Below are positions 13,361-24,027 of a DNA stretch of 42,475 nucleotides, piece after piece. Every line of letters starts with the position of its first letter. Position 1 is the stretch's first letter. The position numbers were made by a program, and so were the translations under genes. The notes under the pieces were generated by a model. That model was not told the origin of the DNA and searched no databases. It was given only the letters and a program-made list of their open reading frames with translations. This DNA is from Chiloscyllium plagiosum (Eukaryota). Where the stretch lies: the NCBI RefSeq assembly GCF_004010195.1, contig NC_057754.1, forward strand, positions 8,540,720 through 8,583,194, given 5' to 3'.

Positions 13361-13503
13361 AAAGTTAAAAATCACACAACACCAGGTTATAGTCCAACAG
13401 GTTAAATTGGAAGCACACTAGCTTTCGGAGCGTCGCTCCTTCATCAGGTGATAGTGGAGGGCTCAATTGTCAGGCACAGAATTTATAGCAAGAATTTACA
13501 GTG
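13361..13503 (-). mobile_element. Family-B Penelope-end element carrying an intact minimal hammerhead core
   Basis: aaagttaaaaatcacacaacaccaggttatagtccaacagg terminus shared with copies at 25111-25616 and 41137-41285; interrupts the Gypsy gag frame. Confidence 0.8.
13416..13450 (-). ncRNA. Minimal type I hammerhead ribozyme motif (family B)
   Basis: Minus strand: CAC-CUGAUGA-A-GGAGC(GAC)GCUCC-GAAAGCUA-GUG. Stem I CAC/GUG, perfect 5-bp stem II, palindromic AGCU loopless stem III, CUA cleavage triplet. Confidence 0.8.
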
Positions 13504-13567
13504 CATAATGAGTTAGGACCAGAAGCCTATGGAGAACTTTTCAGGAATCTAAGGAGGGATCCTGATC

Positions 13568-13838
13568 ATAGAACATAGAACATAGAAAAATACAACGCAG
13601 TACAGGCCCTTTGGCCCTCGATGTTGCGCCGTTCCAAGCCCACCTAACCTACACTAGCCCACTATCCTCAATATGCCAATCCAATGCCCGTTTAAATGCC
13701 CAGAAAGAGGGAGAGTCCACCACTGCTACTGGCAGGGCATTCCATGAACTCACGACTCGCTGAGTAAAGAATCTACCCCTAACATCTGTCCTATACCTAC
13801 CACCCCTTAATTTAAAGCTATGCCCCCTCGTAATAGCA
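13568..13838 (-). mobile_element. CR1/HER1 LINE 3' end
   Basis: (catagaa)n tail and reverse complement of RT C-terminal region (FFTQRVVSSWNALP). Confidence 0.88.
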
Positions 13839-14036
13839 GAGTGCTGTAGAGACAGAGTTCTTGTGTATGTTTAAACTGAGATAGATTCTTGATCAGTTGG
13901 AGAATCAAGCGCTACAGGGAAAGGGGCAAGGAAGTGGAATGAGGACTGTTGGATCAGCCAAGTATCAAGGAATGTTGGACCAGCAGGCTCGAGTGGCTGG
14001 AAGGTATGCTCCTGGCTCTATTTCTTATAGTCTTAA
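13839..14036 (+). mobile_element. CR1-type LINE 3' end, diverged
   Basis: gagatagattcttgatcag...ctcctggctctatttcttatagtctta, a CR1 3'-UTR pattern. Confidence 0.65.
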
Positions 14037-14304
14037 TACATTCTCCTAGAAACAGAGATTGTTGAAGACGGTTAAGGGAATAGGTTTCCTCAATGTAAAG
14101 GTTGTTGTTTATGAAAACATCCAGACGAGAGATATTTCATTGTAAATCTGCAAAAACTTTTAATGGAAGACTGAGAAAATCTTGGTAGCGTGAGTGCTCG
14201 TGGGAAAAAAAGCATCGCAGCTTATGAGACTGGAACAGTTAAATGAAACATGCAGATCTGGTAGTGAAGGAAAATTACCTCAAGTTTTGAATAACTAGAA
14301 CGTT

Positions 14305-14900
14305 TTTAGATTGATTCACTCATGGAACATGGGTGTTGCTGGCTAGCTGGCATTTATTGCCTGTCCATTGTTGCCCTGTGAGAAGGTGGGAGTCAGCTGC
14401 CTTTCTGAGCCATTGCAGCCCATGGACAGTAAGGAGACCCACAATGCTATTAGGGAGGGAATTCCAGGATTTTGACCCAGTGACAGTAAAGAAGAATGAC
14501 ACATTTCTAAATCAGGATGGTGACTGGCTTGGAGACACTTGCAGGTGGTGGTGTTCTGATGTATCTGCTGTCCTGGTCCTTCTAGATGGAAGTGGCTCTG
14601 GATTTGGAAGGGGCTAAGGATCTTTCATGAATTTCTGCAGTGTATTTTGTAGATATACACACTATCACTACTAAATGTCGATGGTGAACAAAGTGGGTGC
14701 AGTGCCAATCAAGTGTGCTGCTTTGTCCTGGATGATGTGAAGCTTTTTGAGTGCTACTGGAGCTGTACTTTTACAGTAAAGTGGGGAGTACTCCATCACA
14801 CCTGTGCCATGTAGATCATGGACAGGGTTTAGGGAGTCAAGAGTTGATTTATTCAATGCAGTATTCCGAGCCTCTGAGCTACTCGTGCAGTCACTGTGTT
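14305..14900 (-). mobile_element. Non-LTR (CR1/L2-group) LINE 3' fragment
   Basis: Minus strand MEYSPL...LKKLHIIQDKAAHLIG and FTVTGSKSWNSLPNSIVG; same family as 37575-37885 and 39165-39460. Confidence 0.75.
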
Positions 14901-14904
14901 TATA

Positions 14905-15212
14905 TAGAATCCCTACTATTTGGAAAGAGGCCCTTTAGCCCAACATGTCCAACACCATCCCCCGAAGAGCATCCCACCAAAAAACATCTCCCTACCTTGT
15001 CCCTGCAACCCCCACGGCTAATCGCCAAACCTACACATCCCCAGACAATGGACAATTTAGCATGGCTAATGGCTAATCCATCTAACCTGCACATCTTTGG
15101 ACAGAGAAAGGAAACCACAGCACCTGGAGGAAACCCTTGCAGACATGGGAGAATGTACAAACTCCACATAGACATTTGCCCAAAGCTGGAAATGAACCCA
15201 AGCCCCCTGTGC
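14905..15212 (-). mobile_element. HE1 SINE, 5' degraded
   Basis: Reverse complement of V-domain and tail (ggacaatttagcatggctaat...acctgcacatctttgga...aaactccaca). Confidence 0.85.
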
Positions 15213-15361
15213 CTATAGTTACTAGGGTTATCCCTACTCCCCTTCTTGAACAAGGGTACCACATTTGCTATCCTCCAGTGTACTGGCACTATTCCTGTAG
15301 ACAACGAGGACATAAAAACCAAGGCCAATGGCTCTGCAATCTCCTCCCTTGTATTGAGAGA
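15213..15361 (-). mobile_element. CR1 ORF2 fragment
   Basis: EEIAEPLALVFMSSLSTGIVPVHWRIANVVPLFKKGSRDNPSNYR. Confidence 0.9.
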
Positions 15362-15369
15362 GATCATAG

Positions 15370-15780
15370 CAAATGTACTTTGAAAGGATCAAATAAAGTA
15401 ATTTTGATAAGTGGATAAGGGCAATGAAAATGGAACAAATATATAACGCTCGTAGAGAGATGATTATTTTGAAGGAGTTCAAAAGTCCATTTCTTGAAGT
15501 AGTGCAAACTCGTGTGAAAGTGCAGAGAGTTAAAACGGCAAGATCAGCATCAGAAATGGCGAACGATTATGCGTTGGTTCGTAAATCAGAGTTTGGTTTC
15601 TGGCATCAATTTCAGTTGGTGAGGGATAGGAACTGGGGAGAAGAGAAATCCTCAGGTGCTGAGGGAAAAGGAGATCTCCTTGGAAATGGCCGAGATAGCT
15701 TCCCACAGGGAAAACAGGAAACCCGTGAGAGGAGAAAAGGAGGGAGTAGGCCACATGAAGTCGTAGTGTTGGTGGTTTAG
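15370..15780 (+). pseudogene. Gypsy gag capsid C-terminal / SCAN-like domain remnant
   Basis: NFDKWIRAMKMEQIYNARREMIILKEFKSPFLEVVQTRVKVQRVKTARSASEMANDY resembles the SCAN pattern (L.ELIILEEF...V.T...AAE.ADDY). Confidence 0.7.
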
Positions 15781-15887
15781 AAAAGGAAGATGGATGGGGT
15801 GAACACGACAAGCCAGTGAGTTTTGTTGGAGTGAGAAAGGAAAACACAGCCAAAGCTAAAAATGTCCCTAAATCAGGGTTTTTTTAA

Positions 15888-16180
15888 AGATTAGATTCCC
15901 TACACCATGGAAACAGGCCCTTTGGCCCAACAAGTCCACATCGACCCTCCGAAGGACAACACACCCAGACCCATCCCCCTAACTAATGCACCTAACACTA
16001 CGGGCAATTTAGCATGGCTAATTCACCCTAACCTGCACATCTTTGGACTGTGGGAGGAAACCCACGCAGACATAGGGAGAATGTGCAAACTCCACACAGA
16101 CAGTTGCCTGAGATTGGAATTGAATCTGGTCCCAGGCTCTGAGAGGCAGCAGGGCTAACCACTGAGCCACTGTGCCGTCC
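15888..16180 (-). mobile_element. HE1 SINE
   Basis: tRNA-derived head (reverse complement of ggcacagtggctcagtggttagc), V-domain, (gatta)n tail. Confidence 0.92.
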
Positions 16181-16386
16181 CAACCACTGTGAAGTGCTTG
16201 AGAAGGTGCCAGATCTTTTACTTGTAAGGGTAAGGTTTACTCATGTTTGCTAGGCAGGAGCGGGTAAAGAAACTAAAATAGGGGAGCATGTCAATCTTCA
16301 ATGGTGAGCAATTCAGAAGGAGCATTCCCAGAAAAGCTGGTAATATGGGCAATTCATGATGAGAAGAGCAGGGTTCCATTATATAA

Positions 16387-16754
16387 GAACAAAGAACATT
16401 ACAGCACAGGAACAAGCCTGTGTTGATCCCGTTCCTCGATCTAAACCTGCTGCTTATTTTCTAAGGATCTGTATCCCTTTGTTCTCTGCTCATTCATGTA
16501 TCTGTCTAGATACATCTTAAATTATGCTATCATGCCAGCTTCTACCACCTCTTCTGGCAATGTTCCAGGCGCACTCTGCGTGATGAACTTTCCACACATA
16601 TCTCCCCTAAACGTTTCCCCTCTCACCTTGAACTCATGACCTGTGGTAATTGAGTCCCCCACTCTGGGAAAAAGCATCTTGATATCCACCCTGTTTATAC
16701 CACTCATGAATTTGTAGACCTTAATCAGGTGCCCCCCTCAACCTCCATCTTACG
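16387..16754 (-). mobile_element. CR1 LINE 3' end inserted in the Gypsy protease
   Basis: LFPRVGDSITTGHEFKVRGETFRGDMCGKFITQ; possible TSD tataa at 16382-16386 and 16755-16759. Confidence 0.85.
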
Positions 16755-17073
16755 TATAAAGTGAGGTTGGAGAGTCCGGTGAAAAGTGGTGAAGTTGCTG
16801 TGGGAATAAAAGAGAAATTCTTGGTTCCAGAAAGATCATTTCTCCTTGGTAACGATACAGCTGGATCACAGGTGGGAGTGATGCCTACGGCAGTTGAAAA
16901 GCCAGTGGAAAATCAGGTAACTGAAACGATACAGTGAGTATATCTTGGAATTTTTACTTACTGTGTGGTGACAAGATTACAAAACCACATGTTGAAGCAG
17001 GAGGAGAAATCAAGGATAAGGAAGTTGAAGTTCAATTTTATCAGAGACTGATCAAATAGTTGAGAAATAAATA

Positions 17074-17587
17074 GGAATACTGCATCCAGTTCTGTTCACC
17101 TTGTTACAAGAAAGATGTTATTAAGTGAGTGGGGATTCCGAGAAGATTTGCTAGGATGTTGCTGGGAACAGAGGGTTTGAGTCCTAAGGAGAGGCTGGGA
17201 ATATTTTCATTGGGACAAAGGGGATTGATGGATGACCTTTACAAAATCATGAGGGGTGCAGATAAGGGGAATGGCAGGTGTCCTTTTCCCTGGGGTGGTG
17301 TTTTCAACACTAGGGGGCATATTTTTAAGGTGAGAGGAGAAAGATTTTAAAAAGACATTTTACACAGAGAGTGGTTCGTATGTGGAATGAACTGCCAGAG
17401 GAAATGGTGGATGAAGGTACCATCATAACGTTTAAAAGACATTTGAATACAATACATGAATAAAAAATGTTTGGAAAGATATGGGCCAAGTGCAGACAGT
17501 TGGGACTAGTTTAGTTTGGGATTATGGTTGGCATGGACTGGTTGGACCAAAGGGTCTGTTTCCGTGCTGTTTAACTCTATGACTCCA
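17074..17587 (+). mobile_element. CR1/HER1 LINE 3' fragment
   Basis: EYCIQFCSP...RRFARMLLG...YKIMRG...TRGHIFKVRGERF, ends ctctatgactc. Confidence 0.9.
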
Positions 17588-17589
17588 AG

Positions 17590-18593
17590 AACAGATAAAG
17601 TGGATATTTTTAGTTCACAGGAATTAACTGAATTACAATGGAAAGATGAGGAATTAAAGCAGTCATGTCAAAAAGCATACACTGAAGAGACATCTGAGTG
17701 TATCCCAAATGTTGCTATCTTAAAAATAATGCCTTGATGAGGAAACGGAGACTATCACATATTCTGGTGGGTGGGAAATGGGCAGAAGTTCATCACGTTG
17801 TATTACTGGTCGGCTACAGAAAGGAGGTGTTACATGAATTAGCAGTAGAGGTTCATTTTGGAGAAAGGAAAACTCCAGCTAAGATACAAAAGCATTCGGA
17901 TTGGACTGCATAAGGATATAGTTGAACTTTTCCGGATATGTCATACGTGTCAGGTAATTGGAAAACCCCAGGCATTGATAAAACCAACGCCTTTAATACT
18001 CATTCCTGTGTTTCAGGAATCTTTTACAAGGTTCTTCATTGATTGCATGGGACCTCTACATAAGACAAAAAGTGAGAATCAGTATTTGTTAACCGTGATG
18101 AATGTGTCCACTAGATTTCCAGAGGCCATTCCAATACACAGTAACATGGCTAAAAGGAGTATAGAAGAGTTACTCAAAATTTTTAACTAATTTGGACTAC
18201 CCACAGAGATACAATCAGATCAAGGGTCAAATTTTACATCAAGGTTATTCAAGGAAGTTATAGATAGTTTAGGAATAAACTATCAGGTCTAGTGTGTACC
18301 ATCCAGAATCAGAGGGTGCATGAGAACAGTGGTATCAAACTTTAAAGACCATGTTGAGGGCTTATAGTCAAGACGATACAGAGGATCAGGATAAAGGAAT
18401 TTCATTTGTACGTTTTGCAATTAAGGATGCACCAAATGAATCAACTACGTTCAGTCCATTTGAATTAGCTTTTGGGCGTAAGGTGAAAGGATTACTGAAA
18501 ATATTTACAGAGAAATTGGTGAATGAGAGTTCAGAGAACATATATTTGGACTGTGTGGCAAATTTCAGGAAAGGATTAAATCGAGCTCGTGAA
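17590..18593 (+). pseudogene. Retroviral-type integrase remnant (H2C2 zinc-binding region plus DDE core)
   Basis: KEVLHELAVEVHFGERKT...RICHTCQVIGKP; FFIDCMGPLHKTKSENQYLLTVMNVSTRFPEAIP; GLPTEIQSDQGSNFTS; YHPESEG; ESTTFSPFELAFGR; broken by frameshifts and stops. Confidence 0.92.
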
Positions 18594-18865
18594 TCTCCCT
18601 GGAACAGAATGGTAGTGAAGGTGGATCTGAGTGTACTAGGATGATTCTGAGTGAGAGACTGACTGCACCTGAACCATCCTGTGTGTGAATCTGACTGCAT
18701 CAGAATCACTTGGATGTGAATCGGACATGTCTGTAATTATTTTGAGTTTGCATCCTGACTGGATTGAACGCTTTATGAGTGTGACTCAACCAGAATCATT
18801 TGAAGTGTGAATCTGACCAGTTTCGAATGATTCTGAGGATGAATCAGGCTAGAACCATATTTTAG

Positions 18866-19068
18866 CTGAAAATGTGTTGCTGGAAAAGCGCAGCAGGTCA
18901 GGCAGCATCCAGGGAACAGGAGAATCGACGTTTCGGGCATAAGCCCTTCTTCAGGGCTTATGCCTGTTCCCTGTTCCCTGGATGCTGCCTGACCTGCTGC
19001 GCTTTTCCAGCAACACATTTTCAGCTCTGATCTCCAGCATCTGCAGACCTCACTTTCTCCTCAAAGAT
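18866..19068. mobile_element. Family-A Penelope-end fold-back element
   Basis: Near-perfect inverted arms plus tail ctctgatctccagcatctgcagacctcactttctcc; perfect 16-bp TSD tagaaccatattttag at 18850-18865 and 19069-19084. Confidence 0.9.
18927..18954 (-). ncRNA. Minimal hammerhead ribozyme core (family A)
   Basis: Minus strand: CUGAAGA-A-GGGC(UUAU)GCCC-GAAACGUC; palindromic ACGU stem III, GUC triplet; stem I weak in this copy. Confidence 0.7.
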
Positions 19069-19335
19069 TAGAACCATATTTTAGTAAGTGTGCATTTGAC
19101 AGGACCACAATCATTAAGAACGGCAGTCTGATGACACAGGAGTCATTTGGAGTGTGAATCTGACCAGACCAGAATTATTCTGAATATAAATATGACTAAA
19201 CCTGAATATTTATGAGTGTGAGACTTACTGTACCAGAATCATTCTGCCTGTGAATCTTATTGGACCAGAAACATTTTGAGTGTGAGTTGACCATTGTAGA
19301 ATGATTTCGAGTGTGAATCTGACTGAACCAGAATC

Positions 19336-20090
19336 TGAGTCGAGAGTGTGTTGCTGGAAAAGCACAGTCGGTCAGGCAGCATCCAAGGAACAGGAAAATT
19401 GACGTTTTGGGCATAAGCCCTTCCTCGTTTTCCAGCACTACACTTGACTCTGGTGGAGCTGATAGGTGGGAAAGGTGATGGACAGGTCAGGAGGGTGGTG
19501 CCGAGTTCTTCAAGATCACAATGTCCCCTCCCACATGGTTGATGATGGCCTCCATAGCATCTCCTCCACTTCCTGTACCACCGCCCTTGAACCCCACCCC
19601 TCCCAACGCAACAAGGACAGAATCCCCCAGTCCTCACCTTCCACCCATCTCCACAAATATAACATCATCCTCCACCACTTCAGATATACCTATCAGCATT
19701 CTGGAGAGATCATTCGCTCCGCGACTCCCTCATCAGGTCCAAGACCACCCACCAGGCTAACCCCACACCCAGCACCTTCCCTTGCCACTGCAGGAAGTGC
19801 AAAACCTGTGCCCACACCTCCTGGCCCATAAGCCTCATTCCGATGAAGGGCCTATGCCTGAAACGTCGATTCTCCTGCTCCTGGGATGCTGCCTGACCTG
19901 CACCACACTCTCGACTCTGATCTCCAACATCTCCAGCCCTCACTTTCTCCTGGTGGATTTTAACCCCACGGTGAAACCTCTTCCAAGGATGCCTACCTTG
20001 AAGAAGCTCTCCTCCTCACTCCACAAAGATCTGAGTGAGTCGCCCCCAGGTCATCTCCTCTGCCCTGAAGCTCTTCAGCCACAGCCACTA
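19336..20090 (+). mobile_element. Rearranged Penelope-like element (Neptune-type) fragment: inverted end, ORF remnant, pseudo-LTR
   Basis: PSHMVDDGLHSISSTS...RNKDR and the Cys-rich linker TFPCHCRKCKTCAHTS (about 19770-19820), then the family-A terminal sequence (19838-19951) running into a putative ORF start MPTLKKLSSSLHKDLSES. Confidence 0.8.
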
Positions 20091-20245
20091 TCACTCTGTT
20101 TGTTAATCTGACTAAACCATTCTCATTGCTCATGTGAATCCCCCTGGAACAGAGTGTTGATGATTGTGATTCAAATAATTCTGAGTGTCAATCTGAATCA
20201 ACTGGAATCCTTCTGGATGAGAGTCTGACTGAACCCGGATCATGT

Positions 20246-20580
20246 GGGGTGGCACGGTGGCTCAGTGGTTAGCACTGCTGCCTCACAGTGCCCGGGACCC
20301 CAGGTTCGATCTCGGGTGACTGTCTGTGTGGAGTTTGCACATTCTCCCCGTGTCTGCATGGGTTTCCTCGGGGTGCTCTGATTTCCTCTCACAGTCACAA
20401 AGATGTGCAGGTTGGGTGGATTGGCCGTTCTAAATTGCCCCATAGTGTCCAGGGATGTGCAAGTTAGGTGTGTTGGCCAAATATAGGGTAGGGGGCTGGG
20501 TCTGTGTATGATGGTCCTTCGGAGGGTGGGTATGGACTTGATGGTCCAAATGACCTGTTTCCACACCGTTGGGATTCTAG
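20246..20580 (+). mobile_element. HE1 SINE, near full length
   Basis: A box tggctcagtgg, B box ggttcgatc, V-domain, internal direct repeat gatgtgca(g/a)gtt, CR1-derived tail. Confidence 0.93.
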
Positions 20581-20968
20581 GGACTCTGAACATGAATCCA
20601 ACTAGACTGGAATCACGAGTGTGAACCTGATTGGGCTGGAACTGAATCGTTCTGAGGATGAGTCTTCCTGGACCAGAATCATTGGGATCATTAATCTGAC
20701 GAGGCTTGAATCAGTTTGCGTGTGAATCTGACTGGAGTGGATGCTGTGTGAAATGTGGATCTGCCTCAGAAGCTGAATATTATGATGTTCACAGAGTGTG
20801 AATAAGACTGGACAGAAATCACTGGGTGTGTGAGTTGGCCCACTTCAGAACCATTTGAGAGTGAATTGGACACATCTGTAGCCATTCTGAGTTTGAATCT
20901 GACTGGACTGGATGCTTTATGAGCAACTGGAATCATTCTGTGTGCAAAGCTGACCAGTCTTCAATTAT

Positions 20969-20997
20969 TGTGTGTGTGTGTGTGTTTGTGTGTGTGT
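20969..20997. repeat. (TG)n microsatellite
   Basis: tgtgtgtgtgtgtgtgtttgtgtgtgtg. Confidence 0.9.
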
Positions 20998-21469
20998 ATC
21001 TGACTAGAATGAATCATACTCAGTGCAAGTTTAACAGGATGACAATATTCAAGAAATGTGTATCTGACTCACCCAGAGTCACCCTGAGTGCGAATCTGAC
21101 CAGACCAGAATTATTACGAGTGTGAGACTTACTGGAGTGAATTATTCTGCCAGCAACTCTGACTAGGCCAGGAGCTTTCTCTGTGTTCATCTGATTAGAC
21201 CCGAATAATTCTGACTGCGAATCCGACTCAACCAGCCTCATTCTCTGTATGAAATTGACCTGATTGGAATCACCCAAAGTGTCAATCTGGGAGGACCTGA
21301 ATCATTTTGAGGATGAGTCTTACTGGACCGGGACCATTCCGAGTTTGATCTGACTGGACTGGATGTTTTATGAGTATGAATCCGACTCAACCACAATTAT
21401 TCCATGTGAGAATCTGACTCAATCAGAATTATTCTGAGTATGAATCTGATTGGTTTAAAGACGGTTTCA

Positions 21470-22075
21470 TTCACAGTCTTTATATTCCTCGCCTGATTAT
21501 CCTTAGAGTTTAGATTTATATCTTTGCTATCATTTTTGGGTCCTACTTTGCTGGATATTCAATTTATCCCAATTTTTGCTCAACATCACTGACTCTGGCC
21601 TCCTTATGTGCTTTTTCTTTCAATGTAATGCTCTCTGTTATTTCCTTGGTTGGACTTTGTTGGTTTAACCCTTTCTTAGAATCTTTTCGCTTTACTGAGA
21701 TTTTTGTTTTGCTGAGAGTCATGATTTACCTCATTAAATGCCTGACATTGCTTTTTCTTAACCTGTCAGTCCGACGAACCTAAAAACCCAGTTCACTTTA
21801 GCTAACCGTACCTTCATTTCATTGTAATTCCCGTACTGAAGTTAAGCATTGTTATTTCTGAACCAACTAATTCTCGAACTGCACAGTAAGTTCTATCATG
21901 TTAGAACTACTCTTTGGGAATGTAGCCAATCAAGTGGTGAAAGTTTCAGAGGGTGAGCATTTTAGGGATAGTGACGATAACTCTGCAGTTTCAGAGCCAC
22001 TGTGGGAAGGGACAAGGATAGTGCAGCAGCTAAGTGTCTGAACGCTGATTGCAAAGCCATGAGATGGGATCTGGC
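21470..22075. mobile_element. Old CR1 ORF2 fragments (minus strand to about 21925, plus strand after)
   Basis: gagcattttagggatagtgacgataactct and gatctggcaaacatagactggga resemble the CR1 post-endonuclease region (EHFGDSDHNS; DLA..DW). Confidence 0.55.
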
Positions 22076-22826
22076 AAACATAGACTGGGAAGCAGACAGG
22101 CAGGAGGCTGGAAGAACACAGCAAGCCCAGCAGCATCAGGAGTTGGAGAGGAGAGGTAGAATCCTTCTTCAGGAATGCAGGTGGGGTCGAGGGAGCTGTG
22201 GATAACAAGAGAGGTGTGGGGGAGGGTTTTGGGTGGGGACGGGGCAGAATGGTGAGATAGTAGTAGCTGACCACTTGGTCGATGGGAGGGATGAATCCAG
22301 TTGGTAGCTGGAAGGGAGGTTCGATCGTAGGGTTGGAGCCGGGTGGGTGGGGGAAGGGTGTGGGTGGGAAGGTTATTTGGAATTGGAGAACTCAATGGTG
22401 AGTCCTCTGGGCTGTAGGCTGTCCAGGTGGAACATGAGGTGTTGTTCCTGCAATTTGCGGTCGGATGCACTGTGGCAATAGAGGACGCCGAGGATGGACA
22501 TGCCGGAGAGGGAGTGGGAAATGGGCGGTGACCGGGAGGGCAGGCTGGCCCTGAGAGGCCCAGCTGAGATGCTTGATGAATCATTCCCTCAGCTTACGGT
22601 TTGGTCTCAGCAGTGTGGAGAAGAACACATCAGGAGCACCGGATACAGTAGACTAGGTTGGAGGGGATGCAGTGAAACCTGTTTCAACTGGAAGAACTGT
22701 TTGAGGCCTTGGGTGGAGGTGAGGGAGGTGGAGTGCCGGCAGGTTTTGCATCTTTTACAATTGCAGGGGAAGGGGGGAGGGGAGAGAGAGTCTGGTGCGA
22801 ACCAAGGAGTGACGATGGGACGTGTC
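22076..22826 (-). mobile_element. Penelope-like element 3' fragment with GIY-YIG endonuclease remnant
   Basis: Minus strand PFPCNCKRCKTCRH, NLVYCIRCS*CVLLHTAETK, RKLQEQHLMFHLDSLQPRGLTIEFSN; C-rich 3'UTR; partial ctgaagaagg core. Confidence 0.85.
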
Positions 22827-23142
22827 TAGATTAGATTAGATTACTTACAGTGTGGAAACAGGCCCTTCGGCCCAACAAGTCCACACTGACCCGCCGAAGC
22901 GCAACCCACCCATACCCCTACATTTACCCCTTACCTAACACTACAGGCAATTTAGCACGGCCAATTCACCTAACCTGCACATCTTTAGACTGTGGGAGGA
23001 AACCGGAGCACCCGGAGGAAACCCACGCAGACACAGGGAGAACGTGCAAACGCCACACAGTCAGTCGCCTGAGGCGGGAATTGAACCCGGTACTCTGGCG
23101 CTGTGAGGCAGTAGTGCTAACCACTGTGCCACCGTACCGCCC
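22827..23142 (-). mobile_element. HE1 SINE, full length and apparently young
   Basis: Intact A/B boxes (reverse complement of tggcacagtgg and ggttcaattcc), V-domain, (tagat)n tail. Confidence 0.95.
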
Positions 23143-23149
23143 ACCATGC

Positions 23150-23693
23150 CGTGTCCTCTCAGTCCTTTGCAGACTCGACTGGCACTTCAAATGTGCCTGA
23201 CTGTCAGAGCGTTGCAACAGGTTTACCGTCAGTGGGAGCAATGGAGTTAAAACCATGTCAAACCATCAAACCTCAGGCTGATTGAGATCACATCGTATTG
23301 TCAATGATCTCTCCAGGTTCATATGTAAAAGGAAAGGGGACATTAGTTAAACAGAGTACACTGCAGGTTGTTGCGAGCACCACAGCTGCAGTTTTCTCTG
23401 TGCGATATGTTGTTTTTAGCTTCTGGCAAAAAAAAACACACCAATTGAAGGCGAAAGAGATGGCGAACCAGACAGACCTGTCAGCGGCTGCACAAATCAT
23501 GGCATAAATAGTATTACAGATAGGGATAATGTCCAGGAAGGATCCAAGCAAATAATAATGATGAATCCACCCCAGTACCACCTCAACAACAAAACCAGTA
23601 GATCCACTGTTGCCGTGGCCACCAGATAGTGAGTGATGCGAGCTGAGAGTCAGCAATTCGCCTGAGACAGGATCCCAATAGTCGCTTAATTCG
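23150..23693 (-). pseudogene. GPR139/GPR142-like GPCR pseudogene (exon 2, TM1 to ICL3), paralog of the gene at 35037-40131
   Basis: Acceptor ttctgtttcttgcAG (23694-23695), then N*ATIGILSQANC*LSARITHYLVATATVDLL...SVWFAISFAFN...CQKLKTTYRTEKTAAVVLATTCSVLCLTNVPF...MVLTPLLP...SRVCKGLRGH. Stops and frameshifts; DRF motif lost; TM6-7 absent. Confidence 0.9.
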
Positions 23694-24027
23694 CTGCAAG
23701 AAACAGAAGGTTGCAGAGACTAGATGTTACCGATCAACGTTTCTCTGCATCATGTCCGCTCCTGAACATCACTGCAAGAGTTTCTCAGACTAATGTCTTT
23801 GGACGTACGATTGTTGTCTGCTTCACCTAGACAGTGGGAAAGGGTGAGCAGAATGTACTGTAAATGTGACCTCTCAGAGGCGATACTTGGGAAGGTAAAT
23901 TGGGATGGAGCATGGGGAACATTGTGCACGGTGGGAGATCAGAGTTGTTGATTAGTGGTGACTTCCGCTGGCTACTGTATTCATTCTGGGAGTGTGTTGC
24001 CTGATGACAAAACCTGATTCCAGAATA

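Larger units (their letters stand above)
12481..18593 (+). mobile_element. Decayed Gypsy/Ty3 LTR retrotransposon internal region, Gmr1-like order gag(SCAN)-protease-integrase, interrupted by at least seven insertions
   Basis: Gag-like pieces: ELGLPVSLRKG (about 12560), ELGPEAYGELFRNLRRDP (13508-13563), REMIILKEFK...VKTARSASEMANDY (15424-15780). Protease C-terminal YKVRLESPVKSGEVAVG...FLLGND (16755-16860). Integrase from about 17590. Many stops and frameshifts; no LTR or RT seen. Confidence 0.85.
18589..21452. repeat. Degenerate 32-bp minisatellite interrupted by Penelope and HE1 insertions
   Basis: Consensus GAGTGTGAATCTGACTGGACCAGAATCATTCT; clear 32-nt register at 19150-19335; also 18589-18865, 20100-20243, 20590-21452. 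Confidence 0.85.

Noticed and set aside
18866..19068. Classifying family-A elements as DNA-transposon MITEs or miRNA genes
   Set aside because: TSDs are long and variable (12-16 bp), arms are asymmetric with a one-sided tail, and the same sequence terminates a Penelope ORF fragment; small-RNA production cannot be judged from sequence.
20246..20320. tRNA gene (also 37005-37080 and the minus-strand copies)
   Set aside because: tRNA-derived SINE heads with A/B boxes that continue into the V-domain; no complete cloverleaf.
22821..23155. cgtgtc as TSD of the HE1 at 22827-23142
   Set aside because: Only 6 bp, offset from the SINE end, and the flanks belong to different sequences (Penelope versus GPCR pseudogene), so probably chance or a deletion junction.
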